From contig JBDRZD010000020.1 in the NCBI GenBank assembly GCA_039803745.1, positions 1 through 28,961 on the forward strand: DNA of 28,961 nucleotides. The letters are read 5' to 3'. Both the position numbers and the translations under genes were made by a program. The stretch is from a candidate division WOR-3 bacterium. Its GTDB lineage: Bacteria > Hydrothermota > Hydrothermia > Hydrothermales > Hydrothermaceae. Below the pieces are notes generated by a model. It saw nothing but the letters and a program-made list of their open reading frames with translations, made no database searches and was not told the DNA's origin. Every line of letters starts with the position of its first letter. Positions within the stretch are counted from its first letter, which is position 1. Shown here piece after piece: positions 1 to 8,622 of this stretch.

Positions 1-9
1 CGTGAAAAT

Positions 10-246
10 TTATTTTTCTTCAAGTATCCTTTTTGCAAATTCCTTTTTTTCTTCTTTTGTTTCAGCAAGTATGAGAAGAGCAATGAGCCTGAATCCCTCA
101 TCCATTTTCCTGAATCCCTCATCCATTCTCTCAAGGATTATCTTTGTATTTTCTTTTATAATTTTACCATTTCTCCAAGCCATATAGGTAACAGCACCTG
201 CAAGAAATGTAACTCCTACACCAATTAAAGTTAACCCTATTTCCAT
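10..246 (-). CDS. Small membrane-anchored coiled-coil protein (78 aa), unknown function
   Basis: ATG at 246 (MEIGLTLIGVGVTFLAGAVTYMAW = one TM helix) followed by the heptad repeat RMDEGFRKMDEGFR. The ORF-track extension to 282 is low-complexity and overlaps the upstream stop and a promoter-like sequence. Confidence 0.75.
   Translation of the reverse strand: MEIGLTLIGVGVTFLAGAVTYMAWRNGKIIKENTKIILERMDEGFRKMDEGFRLIALLILAETKEEKKEFAKRILEEK
88..127. repeat. In-frame tandem duplication, 21-bp period (cctgaatccctcatccatt x2)
   Basis: An identical 19-mer at 88-106 and 109-127 encodes MDEGFR twice on the minus strand. Confidence 0.9.
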
Positions 247-252
247 ATTAAA

Positions 253-282
253 ATAATAAAAGATAAATGAATAAAAAATCAA
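253..282 (-). promoter_or_regulatory. Putative sigma70 promoter for a leaderless small gene
   Basis: TTGATT (282-277), 18-nt spacer, TATTAT (258-253), 6 nt, ATG (246); no Shine-Dalgarno (SD) sequence. Confidence 0.4.
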
Positions 283-2000
283 CTTTTATCTTGATTCTCA
301 GAAAATAGAAGAAGGGTTAAAAGAGTAAAAAATTTTTCTTTATTTAAAATTATTTTATTTAAATTTAAATTTTTCTTTTTAATCAAATCATAAAACAATT
401 TGTTTAAATTAAAAGGTGGTAAATAAACTTTCTTATTTCTTTGAAAAATTCCAAGCAAAGTAAAATATTTAGAAATATTATATTTTAAAAATTCCCTTAA
501 AAATATTTTTTTTGAAAAAATATCAAATCCCAAAGAAGATTTTTCAATTTTTATGATTTCACCATTTAAAATTTTAAAAAAATCTTTATAAAGTTTATAA
601 TATTTTTTATATTTATCAGGTATTCTAATAGAGTTTTTAAAAAAATCTATTGAATAAAATGGAGAAATTGAAAAGATTAAGTATCTATTTCTATCCTCGC
701 CTTCAAAAAGGTATTTAAAGCATCTTTCATAAAATAAAAAATGAAGATATTTGTAATTTAAATTTTTTTCAGGGTAAGATGAAATTATATTTAAAATATT
801 TTCTTTAATTTTTTTTGAACTTAAAGAAGTTAATTTTTCAACCTCCTTTATATCAAAAATTTTATTTTTAATAATTATAAATTTAAAAAGTTCATCATAA
901 TTTTTAATTTTTCTTTCAGGAATAAGATAGGGCAAAAGTTTGTCTCCTCCATCACCGGTAAAATAAACTACTTTTTCTCCAAAAATTTTTTTTGCTTCTT
1001 TTAAAAAATCAATCATAAAACCCATTTCAGCATAATTTAATCCCCCTTTAATTTCTACAAGTTTTTTTATTGAATCAATGTTAAATTCTTTTATTTCAAA
1101 AATTTTTAGTTCTTTCTTTTCAATTTCTGCTATTTTTTTAGAAATTATATAGTCTTTAAAATGCTTTTTATCAGGGTCAATAAATGTAACAGGATAAAAA
1201 TCTGAATTTATTTTTTTTAAACCTAAAAAAACTGCTCTTGAATCAAATCCGCCACTTAATCCAAGCATTATTTTAAAATTTTTAAATTTTTTTGTTCTAT
1301 TTTTAATCCCGTCAATAAAAGATTCATATAAATTATTCAATAAAATTTTATATTCCTTATCATCTTTTTCTTCAAAGTTCCATTCAATGATTTTTTGAAT
1401 TTTTAACTTTTTATTTTTATATTCAAAAATTGTCCCAGGAAAAGCCTTGTAGATATTTTTAATGAGTGTTCTATTAGAAAGGGAATACATGAATAAAAGA
1501 TATTCAGAAAAGGAATTTTCATCAATTTCTTTTTTAGAAATAAAATTATTTATAATTCCAATATCCCTTGAAATTAAAAAATTTTTTTCATCCTGAAAAT
1601 AATAAAGGGATAGCCTTCCAAGGGCATCGTTGAAAATTAGAAAGTTTTCTTTATCAAAAATTCCAATTATGTATTCACCATCTGCATCAAGAATAAAATT
1701 TTTAATTTTCTCTTTATAATTCAAATTTTTTAAAAAGTGATCATATATCTCAAAAATAGATTTTTCTAAATCCTCCTCGTCTTTATTATAAACATTTCCT
1801 TCAATAAAGAAAGAGAATTTATCTTTTTTATAAAGATTGAATGGATAATATTTATACCCTGTAAAAAAGGCGATATAAAAATCATTTTCATAAAGAAGTT
1901 TATTTTCATAATCTTCAAAATAAATACTTTTTTCTAATAGTTTTAAGAATTCCTCTTTTGAATTTTTTCCAAAATTAAGAAGTAAGGATAAACCAGGCAA
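279..2000 (-). CDS. Asparagine synthetase B-like protein (Ntn-like domain plus ATP pyrophosphatase domain), N-terminal Cys absent
   Basis: ADGEY, NDALGRLSLYY, LGLSGGFDSR (SGGxDS PP-loop) and TGDGGD motifs. TTG start; begins MPG rather than MCG. Confidence 0.8.
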   Translation of the reverse strand: MPGLSLLLNFGKNSKEEFLKLLEKSIYFEDYENKLLYENDFYIAFFTGYKYYPFNLYKKDKFSFFIEGNVYNKDEEDLEKSIFEIYDHFLKNLNYKEKIKNFILDADGEYIIGIFDKENFLIFNDALGRLSLYYFQDEKNFLISRDIGIINNFISKKEIDENSFSEYLLFMYSLSNRTLIKNIYKAFPGTIFEYKNKKLKIQKIIEWNFEEKDDKEYKILLNNLYESFIDGIKNRTKKFKNFKIMLGLSGGFDSRAVFLGLKKINSDFYPVTFIDPDKKHFKDYIISKKIAEIEKKELKIFEIKEFNIDSIKKLVEIKGGLNYAEMGFMIDFLKEAKKIFGEKVVYFTGDGGDKLLPYLIPERKIKNYDELFKFIIIKNKIFDIKEVEKLTSLSSKKIKENILNIISSYPEKNLNYKYLHFLFYERCFKYLFEGEDRNRYLIFSISPFYSIDFFKNSIRIPDKYKKYYKLYKDFFKILNGEIIKIEKSSLGFDIFSKKIFLREFLKYNISKYFTLLGIFQRNKKVYLPPFNLNKLFYDLIKKKNLNLNKIILNKEKFFTLLTLLLFSENQDKS

Positions 2001-2003
2001 AAA

Positions 2004-2213
2004 TTATTCTACCTTTACTTTTGTAACTTTCTTTGCCTTTTTACTTTCAATCCTTTCTATTTTTTTCTCAATTATGGTTTTAAAGGCAAGCATAAACTCC
2101 CTTGCAGCATTTTTCAAATGCTCTTTCGCTTCTTCAGGGAATTTACCTTTTAATTCATTTATAAAACTTTCAACTGCTTTCCCTAAATATATAACCCATT
2201 CCTTTTCCTTCAT
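2004..2213 (-). CDS. Small helical hypothetical protein (69 aa)
   Basis: Full SD AAGGAGGTGA at 2227-2218, amphipathic helices, C-terminus KVTKVKVE; stop is 3 nt before the asnB-like start. Confidence 0.8.
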   Translation of the reverse strand: MKEKEWVIYLGKAVESFINELKGKFPEEAKEHLKNAAREFMLAFKTIIEKKIERIESKKAKKVTKVKVE

Positions 2214-2238
2214 ATTTTCACCTCCTTATAAGTATTTA

Positions 2239-2267
2239 ATTATAAAATTAAGGATAAATTTTTTCAA
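2239..2267 (-). promoter_or_regulatory. sigma70-type promoter for the 69-aa gene and the asnB-like gene
   Basis: TTGAAA (2267-2262, inside the asnS 3' end), 17-nt spacer, TATAAT (2244-2239). Confidence 0.6.
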
Positions 2268-3543
2268 GCATTCTCGGGAAAGGAATTGTCTCTCTTATAT
2301 GATGAATTCCTGAAATCCATTGAACTGTCCTTTCAAGACCGAGTCCAAAGCCTGAATGGGGGACAGAACCATATTTTCTTAAATCAAGATACCATTTATA
2401 ATCATCAACTCTCATATTTAATTCCTGCATCCTTTTTAAAAGTTTTTCGTAATCATCTTCCCTCTGACTGCCTCCTATTATCTCACCATACCCTTCAGGA
2501 GCAAGCATATCCATACAAAGAACAACCTTCGGGTCTTCTGGATCTTCTTTCATATAAAAGGCTTTTGCTTCTTTTGGATATCTATGAACAATAACCGGTT
2601 TATCATAGTTTTCTGAAATCTTTACTTCCTGAGGTGCACCAAAATCTTCTCCCCATTTAAAATCTGAAAAACCATTTTTATGTAAAAAATCTACTGCTTC
2701 TGTATAAGAGATTCTATAAAAAGGTCTTTTAATATTTTCAAGTTTTGAGACATCCCTTTCAAGTATTTTTAATTCTTCTTTCCTTTCTTCAAGAACCCTC
2801 CCCACTATATATTCCACAAATTCTTCGGCTAAATCCATTATATCATTTAAGGTGGCAAAGGCAATCTCAGGCTCTACCATCCAGAATTCCATCAAATGTC
2901 TCCTTGTTTTACTCTTTTCTGCTCTAAAGGTGGGACCAAAACAGTAAACCTTTTTAAATGCCATACATGCTGCCTCCATATAAAGCTGACCTGATTGAGA
3001 AAGGTATGCCTTTTCACCAAAATAATCAGTTTCAAAGAGCGTTGTTGTGCCTTCACAGGCAGAAGGAGTTAAAATTGGTGCATCTATTAAAATAAAGCCA
3101 CGGGAATCAAAGAAATCTCTTATTGCCCTTATTACTGTATGCCTTATTCTCATCAAAGCCCATTGTTTTCTTGCTCTAAGCCATAAATGCCTTAAAGGAA
3201 GTAAAAAACCAACTCCATGTTCTTTCTTTGAAATCGGATAGTCATTTGTAATATTCAGAACATTTATGTTCTCAACATCCATTTCATATTTAAATGGAGA
3301 ACGTTCATCTTCCCTTATACTTCCTTCTATTTCAAGGGATGTTTCTAAGGAAATTTTTTCATAAAGATCAAAAACTTCTTCTTTGACCCTGCTTTTTTCA
3401 ACTATACACTGAATAAAACCTGTTCCATCTCTTATTATTAAGAAATGGATCTTACCTGAGGACCTTTTATTATAAAGCCAGCCCTTTATTTTAACCTTTT
3501 CACCCACATATTTTGAAATTTCTCTTATATCTATTTCTTTCAT
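2248..3543 (-). CDS. asnS: Asparagine--tRNA ligase
   Basis: N-terminal OB fold; YLSQSGQLYMEA, GPTFRAEKSKTRRHLMEFWMVEPE, GEIIGGSQRED, YGSVPHSGFGLGLER. Confidence 0.96.
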   Translation of the reverse strand: MKEIDIREISKYVGEKVKIKGWLYNKRSSGKIHFLIIRDGTGFIQCIVEKSRVKEEVFDLYEKISLETSLEIEGSIREDERSPFKYEMDVENINVLNITNDYPISKKEHGVGFLLPLRHLWLRARKQWALMRIRHTVIRAIRDFFDSRGFILIDAPILTPSACEGTTTLFETDYFGEKAYLSQSGQLYMEAACMAFKKVYCFGPTFRAEKSKTRRHLMEFWMVEPEIAFATLNDIMDLAEEFVEYIVGRVLEERKEELKILERDVSKLENIKRPFYRISYTEAVDFLHKNGFSDFKWGEDFGAPQEVKISENYDKPVIVHRYPKEAKAFYMKEDPEDPKVVLCMDMLAPEGYGEIIGGSQREDDYEKLLKRMQELNMRVDDYKWYLDLRKYGSVPHSGFGLGLERTVQWISGIHHIRETIPFPRMLEKIYP

Positions 3544-4394
3544 CTTGTAATCTCCTTTATTTTTTCTTTTGCTTTCTTAGGCAGTCCTGTTTCTTTTGCG
3601 GGATTTTCTTTAAGAACATTATAAAAATTTTTAATTGCTGAAGTTGTGTCACCTTTTAAAAGCAAAAGTTCTCCTTTAATATAATAAGCCTCTGCGAGTT
3701 TTGCAGGGGGAATTCCTATTTCAAGAAATTTATCGATAAAAAGAATAGCAGAATCTATTTTCTCTTCTGTATAATAAATTTTTGAGATTTCAAAAAGTGA
3801 ATTCCCAATTATTAAATTAACTTCTTCATTTAAATATTTAGATGGTATATTTTCTTTTAAAATAATAATTTCAAGATATTCTCCCTTTTCATAGAGTAAA
3901 TTTAAAAGATTTAAAAGACTTTCGTAATCTTTTTCTATTTCCCATATTTTTTTAAATATCTTTTCAGCCTCTAAAAATTTCCCTTTTTCTTTATAAGTTT
4001 TACCAAGGTAAAGATAAAGATTTTTATCATAATATTCCGGTTCTAAAAGAAGAATTATCTCAGCGGCTTCATATGATATTTCCTTTGAAAAATTTTTTGT
4101 TTTATCAAAAATATATTTTACATCGCTTAAAATTTTATCTTTATAAACCTCTTTATTTGGTATCTTCTTTATTACCTGTAAAGCCTTATAATAATCGCCT
4201 TTTGTAAAAAATATTTCAGAAAGTAAAAATAAAGCTTTTGAGTCCATTTCATTTTTCTTTAAATAACTTTCAACAAGATATTGAGCCTCCTCTACCCTGC
4301 CTTCTTTTAAAAACCTTTCCGCTTTTTTTAACTTATCTTCTTTACAATAAATCAAAAATACGATAAAAATTAAACCTATAATCTTTCTATCCAT
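3540..4394 (-). CDS. TPR-repeat protein, probable lipoprotein
   Basis: Signal MDRKIIGLIFIVFLIYC with a lipobox-like Cys; TPR-like helices (ALFLLSEIFFTKGDYYKA, YLYLGKTYKEKGKFLEA, AYYIKGELLLLKGD). Confidence 0.75.
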   Translation of the reverse strand: MDRKIIGLIFIVFLIYCKEDKLKKAERFLKEGRVEEAQYLVESYLKKNEMDSKALFLLSEIFFTKGDYYKALQVIKKIPNKEVYKDKILSDVKYIFDKTKNFSKEISYEAAEIILLLEPEYYDKNLYLYLGKTYKEKGKFLEAEKIFKKIWEIEKDYESLLNLLNLLYEKGEYLEIIILKENIPSKYLNEEVNLIIGNSLFEISKIYYTEEKIDSAILFIDKFLEIGIPPAKLAEAYYIKGELLLLKGDTTSAIKNFYNVLKENPAKETGLPKKAKEKIKEITR

Positions 4395-5188
4395 TTTAAA
4401 AGTAATTTCCCTAAAATTTTTGATGAATTTCTTGCAACCTCAATTATTTCTTCTGGAGAATGAGGGGTGATATCACCAATTCCCATATTTGTAATTATAG
4501 AAATGCCAAGAACTTTTAATCCCAAGTATCTTGCTATAATTACTTCCGGGGTTGTTGACATTCCGACTGCATCAGCGCCAATTATTCTTAAAAATTTATA
4601 CTCTGCTTTTGTTTCAAGACTCGGACCCTGCCATCCAACATAAATGCCCCTTTTTAAAGAAATACCTTCTTCTTCTGCAACTTTATCAAAAATTTCTCCT
4701 AAATAGGGGTCATAGGCATCTATCATTGAGGGGAATCTTTCTCCTATTTTTTCATCATTTTTACCTCTTAATGGATTTTCAGGAAACAAATTTATATGGT
4801 CAACTATTCTCATAATATCACCTTTTGAAAATAAAGGATTTAAACCACCTGCAGCATTTGTTGTAACAAGAATCTCTCCGCTAAGAAATTTTGTAAGATA
4901 AACAGGTAAAACAATATCATCCATCTTGTATCCTTCATAATAATGAAACCTTCCGCAGAAGAAAAGAATATTTTTACCTGCAAAAGACGAAAATTTTAAT
5001 TTCCCTTCATGCCCCGGTGCAGTTGAAATTGGAAAATCAGGAATTTCAGAATAACTAATTTCTTTTCTAATATTAAAATTTTCCACAATTTCTTTAATTC
5101 CACTTCCAAGGATTATTCCTATTTGAATATTATCAATCCCTTCCCCTTTTAAAAAATCTGTTATTTTTAAAACTCTTTCTAATCTCAT
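4376..5188 (-). CDS. punA: Purine-nucleoside phosphorylase (trimeric, inosine/guanosine type)
   Basis: IILGSG, PGHEGKL, GRFHYYEG, TNAAGGLN, GPSLETKAE, GADAVGMST, ITN. Confidence 0.93.
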   Translation of the reverse strand: MRLERVLKITDFLKGEGIDNIQIGIILGSGIKEIVENFNIRKEISYSEIPDFPISTAPGHEGKLKFSSFAGKNILFFCGRFHYYEGYKMDDIVLPVYLTKFLSGEILVTTNAAGGLNPLFSKGDIMRIVDHINLFPENPLRGKNDEKIGERFPSMIDAYDPYLGEIFDKVAEEEGISLKRGIYVGWQGPSLETKAEYKFLRIIGADAVGMSTTPEVIIARYLGLKVLGISIITNMGIGDITPHSPEEIIEVARNSSKILGKLLLKWIERL

Positions 5189-5640
5189 CCTTCTTTTTCA
5201 AGCATCATGTCAATCCATTTTTTTTGAGTTTCAACAATTGCTTTTAATTCAAGCAAAAGTGATCTCTTTCTTGCTTTTATCTCTTCTATTTCCTGTTTAA
5301 GTTTATTTAACTCTTCCCTTTTTTCCTCAAGAAATTTCTCAGCTTCCATCTTTGCATTCATTATAATAAGCTCTGCCTCTTTTTCAGCATTTCTTTTAAG
5401 CTCATCTGCTCCCCTTTGTGCAGTGAGAAGTGCTTCTTTCATTATATTTTCCATGCGCCTATAATCCTCTACTTTTACATCGAGATCCTTGATTCTTTCT
5501 GAAAGAGAAATATTTTCTTTTATAATCTCCTCTAATTCATCTGCTATCATCTCAAGAAAACTTCTTACTCTTTCGGGGTCAAATCCCCTAAATACCTTTG
5601 GGAATTCAGCATTCCTTATCTCAATTGGAGCAATTTTCAT
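5185..5640 (-). CDS. divIVA: DivIVA domain protein
   Basis: PIEIRNAEFPKVFRGFDPERVRSFL N-terminal motif followed by a long coiled coil; SD AGGAGGAG. Confidence 0.9.
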   Translation of the reverse strand: MKIAPIEIRNAEFPKVFRGFDPERVRSFLEMIADELEEIIKENISLSERIKDLDVKVEDYRRMENIMKEALLTAQRGADELKRNAEKEAELIIMNAKMEAEKFLEEKREELNKLKQEIEEIKARKRSLLLELKAIVETQKKWIDMMLEKEG

Positions 5641-5703
5641 ATCTCCTCCTTTTTAAATTTTTAAGAATTATTATTATTAAGGTAAAAAGTGAAATTAATC
5701 AAT

Positions 5704-6780
5704 TTAAATACTTTTTAAAATATCTTTGACTTCTCTCAAAGATAAAAATTCATCAACAAGATATGGATCAAATTGTTTCCCTTTATTTTTTAAAAACTCT
5801 CTTCGTATTTTTTTTGCAGAAAGTGCTTTTCTATACGGTCTATCAGAAGCCATCGCATCAAATGCATCAACTATACTTATTATTCTTGCAAGCAGGGGAA
5901 TTTCTTCTCCTTTTTTACCTTCAGGATATCCTTTACCATCGTATCTTTCATGATGATAGTAAATTGCAGGAATAATGTCTTTCATCTCGCTTATTGGCTC
6001 AAGAATTTCTTTTGCATAAAGGACATGTTTTTTTATTATTTCATATTCTTCTTTTGTAAGTTTCTTAGGTTTTTTAAGAATTTCATCAGGAATCCCAATT
6101 TTACCTATATCATGTAAAATTCCGGCAATTTTCGCATTTTTTAACTCATTGCCTTTTAATCCAACTTTTTTCGCGAGGAGATAAGAAAGATTTTCAACCC
6201 TTTCAACATGACCCGAGGTATAAGGATCCTTCGCTTCTACAGCTTTTGCAAAAGATCTTATCATTCCAAAAAACATCTCTTCAATCTTTTCAAAGAGTGC
6301 AGCATTTTCAAGAGCAATTGCGACAAACGGAGATATTAATTCACAAATTTTAAGATCTTTTCTTTTAAATTTACCATCTTTCTTATTTATTATTTCAACA
6401 ACTCCATATCTTCTTTTTTTAAGTCCCAGAGGAAAAGCAAGAATTGAATTTGTTTTAAATCCTGTTAATTCATCAACCCCTTTGTAAAACATTTTACTTT
6501 TACTAACATCATTTACAATTAATGGTCTATTATTCTTATAAACCCATCCAACAATACCCTTGGAAAGTTCTATTTTTATTTTTTTGAGTTCATCTTCACC
6601 TCTTGAAAAAGTGTAAAACTCAAGATAATTTCTATCCTCTTTTTTTCTAAAAATTGAAACCCTTTCAGCATTAAAAATTTCTTCTAATGTTTCTGTAATT
6701 CTTTTTAAAATTTCTTTTGTTTCAAGAGATATAAAAAATCCTGCAATTTTATAAATTAAAGATTTCTTAAAAATAGTCAT
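5704..6780 (-). CDS. GAF + HD-GYP cyclic-dinucleotide phosphodiesterase
   Basis: GAF domain (GIVGWV, GFKTNSILAFPL, INKKDGKF), then EAKDPYTSGHVERV, HDIGK, HHERYDGKGYP, DAMASDRPYR. Start placed at ATG 6780 because the ORF-track start at 6816 lies inside the tRNA. Confidence 0.92.
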   Translation of the reverse strand: MTIFKKSLIYKIAGFFISLETKEILKRITETLEEIFNAERVSIFRKKEDRNYLEFYTFSRGEDELKKIKIELSKGIVGWVYKNNRPLIVNDVSKSKMFYKGVDELTGFKTNSILAFPLGLKKRRYGVVEIINKKDGKFKRKDLKICELISPFVAIALENAALFEKIEEMFFGMIRSFAKAVEAKDPYTSGHVERVENLSYLLAKKVGLKGNELKNAKIAGILHDIGKIGIPDEILKKPKKLTKEEYEIIKKHVLYAKEILEPISEMKDIIPAIYYHHERYDGKGYPEGKKGEEIPLLARIISIVDAFDAMASDRPYRKALSAKKIRREFLKNKGKQFDPYLVDEFLSLREVKDILKSI

Positions 6781-6789
6781 TTTTAAAAA

Positions 6790-6873
6790 TGGGCGCGAGA
6801 GGACTTGAACCTCCACGGGAATTTTTCCCAGTGAGTCCTGAACCCACCGCGTCTACCATTCCGCCACGCGCCC
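6790..6873 (-). tRNA. tRNA-Leu (anticodon CAG), CCA not encoded
   Basis: Acceptor stem GGGCGCG/CGCGCCC plus discriminator A; D-loop AATGGTA; anticodon stem GTGGG/CTCAC with loop TTCAGGA; long variable arm GGGAA-AAA-TTCCC; T arm GGAGG-TTCAAGT-CCTCT; followed by TTT. Confidence 0.97.
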
Positions 6874-6874
6874 T

Positions 6875-7906
6875 TTAAAAATTCCAAACTTTTTTATAAA
6901 TAGCCTTTTTGCCTTTATGTTCCTCAAAACTTTTTGAAAAATGATGAGTTCCATCACCTTTTGATACAAAATAAAGATAATCTGTGGACGCGGGGTATAA
7001 ACTTGCTTTTATTGAAGATCTCCCAGGAGAACAAATAGGGCCAGGTGGTAATCCTTTGTGTTTATAAGTGTTATAGGGAGAATCAATTAAGAGGTCTTTC
7101 AAGGATAACCTACCTTTTTCCTCTTCTATTACATATTTTATAGTTGGGTCAGCCTGGAGTGGCAATCCTATTCTTAACCTATTTAAAAATACACTTGCAA
7201 TTAATGGTCTCTCAAAATCAAAAACTGCTTCTTTTTCAACAATTGATGCTAAGGTCAAAAGTTTGTGTAAATCCATTTTACTATCTAATGTATCATAACC
7301 AATTTCTTTTAAAACTTTAATCAAATTTTCAACCCCTCTTATTCCTATTTCATAGGGACTCGCCCCTGATGGAAATTCATAGGTGTCAGGGAAAATGTAT
7401 CCTTCTAAAGTTTTTACAGGAACTAAATTAAATTTTTCAAATATTGGTCTTATTTTATCAGGAGATGTAAAAAACAAATAAACAGAATCATAAGAAATAT
7501 TAAAATTTTCTGAAATGATTCTTGATATCTGTTTTAAATTGTAACCTTCCGGGATCGTTATCCTTACATAAGGGACTAAAGAAAATTTATATCTTATTGA
7601 TTTAAGGCATAAAACTTCATTCATATTTTTATCTAAAAAATAAAGACCTTCTAAAATTTTATTTTCTTCCCTTATTAAAATAGCGAGAAATGCCCATAAG
7701 TTTTCATTTTTAATTATACCATAATTCTTTAAATTTTTTGAAATCAAAATAACTCCTTCCCCTTTTTTAATCCTGAAAGGGAAAGAACCTCTCTTTGCAT
7801 TTGGAGGAAAAGAATGGTATAAAAAACCATAAATATAGAAAATAAGTAATGCAAAGATAAATAAAATATGATTTTTATTAAATCTCAAATTTATCCGCAA
7901 AATCAC
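6875..7906 (-). CDS. mltG: Endolytic transglycosylase MltG (YceG family)
   Basis: N-terminal TM; TIPEG, LEGYIFPDTY, LASIVEKEA, LQADPT, SPYNTY..GLPPGPICSPG, YLYFV. Exact start uncertain. Confidence 0.93.
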   Translation of the reverse strand: MILRINLRFNKNHILFIFALLIFYIYGFLYHSFPPNAKRGSFPFRIKKGEGVILISKNLKNYGIIKNENLWAFLAILIREENKILEGLYFLDKNMNEVLCLKSIRYKFSLVPYVRITIPEGYNLKQISRIISENFNISYDSVYLFFTSPDKIRPIFEKFNLVPVKTLEGYIFPDTYEFPSGASPYEIGIRGVENLIKVLKEIGYDTLDSKMDLHKLLTLASIVEKEAVFDFERPLIASVFLNRLRIGLPLQADPTIKYVIEEEKGRLSLKDLLIDSPYNTYKHKGLPPGPICSPGRSSIKASLYPASTDYLYFVSKGDGTHHFSKSFEEHKGKKAIYKKVWNF

Positions 7907-8213
7907 CTATTAGAGGTAATTTATTAAGTTTACCGTTCACAGAGTTTGTTATTCCAAGAACAGCAAAATAAATTGTAATCCCCCATACGCCGAGCCAGAT
8001 TAAAATTCTTAATACAGGAACAAAATTAAAAATTAAACCAATTATATAAAGAATGATCCATGTAAAAAGTAATACAAGTCCCTGTTTTATATGAAATTTT
8101 GTGTAAGGATTTTCCCTTTGAATCATAAGTGGGATAAGAACAAGTATTAAAAGATAAGAGAGCCAAGCAATAGATTTCCCTTCTTCTATATGTTCCCTTT
8201 TTATTTCTCCCAT
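7878..8213 (-). CDS. Three-TM membrane protein (DUF4870/Tic20-like)
   Basis: AWLSYL, FHIKQGLVL and KLPLIG pattern; ATG 8213 is preceded by GGGGAG. Confidence 0.75.
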   Translation of the reverse strand: MGEIKREHIEEGKSIAWLSYLLILVLIPLMIQRENPYTKFHIKQGLVLLFTWIILYIIGLIFNFVPVLRILIWLGVWGITIYFAVLGITNSVNGKLNKLPLIGDFADKFEI

Positions 8214-8223
8214 CTTCTCCCCC

Positions 8224-8622
8224 TTATTTTTCTTCAAAAAATTTTAAATAAACTTTTCTTTTTCTTGGACCATCAAATTCGCATAAAAATATTCCTTGCC
8301 ATGTTCCAAATGCAGGTTTACCATTTTCTAAAAATATAAAGGATGTATTGCCTACAACTGCTGATTTTATGTGAGCATCTGCATTTCCTTCAGTATGCTT
8401 ATAAATCTTTCCAGGTGGGAAAATCTTTTTTAAATTATCAGAAATATCTTCGCAAACAGATGGGTCATAGTTTTCATTTATAGCTATTCCTGCTGTTGTA
8501 TGAGGAACATAGAAGAAAAGTATTCCATTTTTCCAGTTCTCTTTTTTTATAATCTCAACAACTTTATCCGTTATATCCACAAGTTCTTCTCTTTTATTTG
8601 TATTAACTTCCAGTATTTTCAT
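8224..8622 (-). CDS. yjbQ: YjbQ/UPF0047 family protein (secondary thiamine-phosphate synthase family)
   Basis: PHTTAGIAINE, GNADAHIKS, GTWQGIFLCEFDGPR. Confidence 0.92.
   Translation of the reverse strand: MKILEVNTNKREELVDITDKVVEIIKKENWKNGILFFYVPHTTAGIAINENYDPSVCEDISDNLKKIFPPGKIYKHTEGNADAHIKSAVVGNTSFIFLENGKPAFGTWQGIFLCEFDGPRKRKVYLKFFEEK

Noticed and set aside
279..2213. Lasso peptide cluster (AsnB-like cyclase plus small precursor)
   Set aside because: The 69-aa protein has no YxxP leader or Gly/Asp/Glu ring pattern, and no B1/B2 peptidase genes are present.
5641..5703. Promoter or ATT microsatellite upstream of divIVA
   Set aside because: TTGATT is present, but the correctly spaced -10 is poor and the repeat is short; not supportable.
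6781..6816. ORF-track N-terminal extension (MEVQVLSRPFLK) of the HD-GYP gene
   Set aside because: It is the T arm and acceptor stem of tRNA-Leu read in frame; ATG 6780 is more plausible.
6790..6830. tRNA 3' end as an integration site (att)
   Set aside because: I saw no duplicate of the tRNA 3' end and no integrase in the window.
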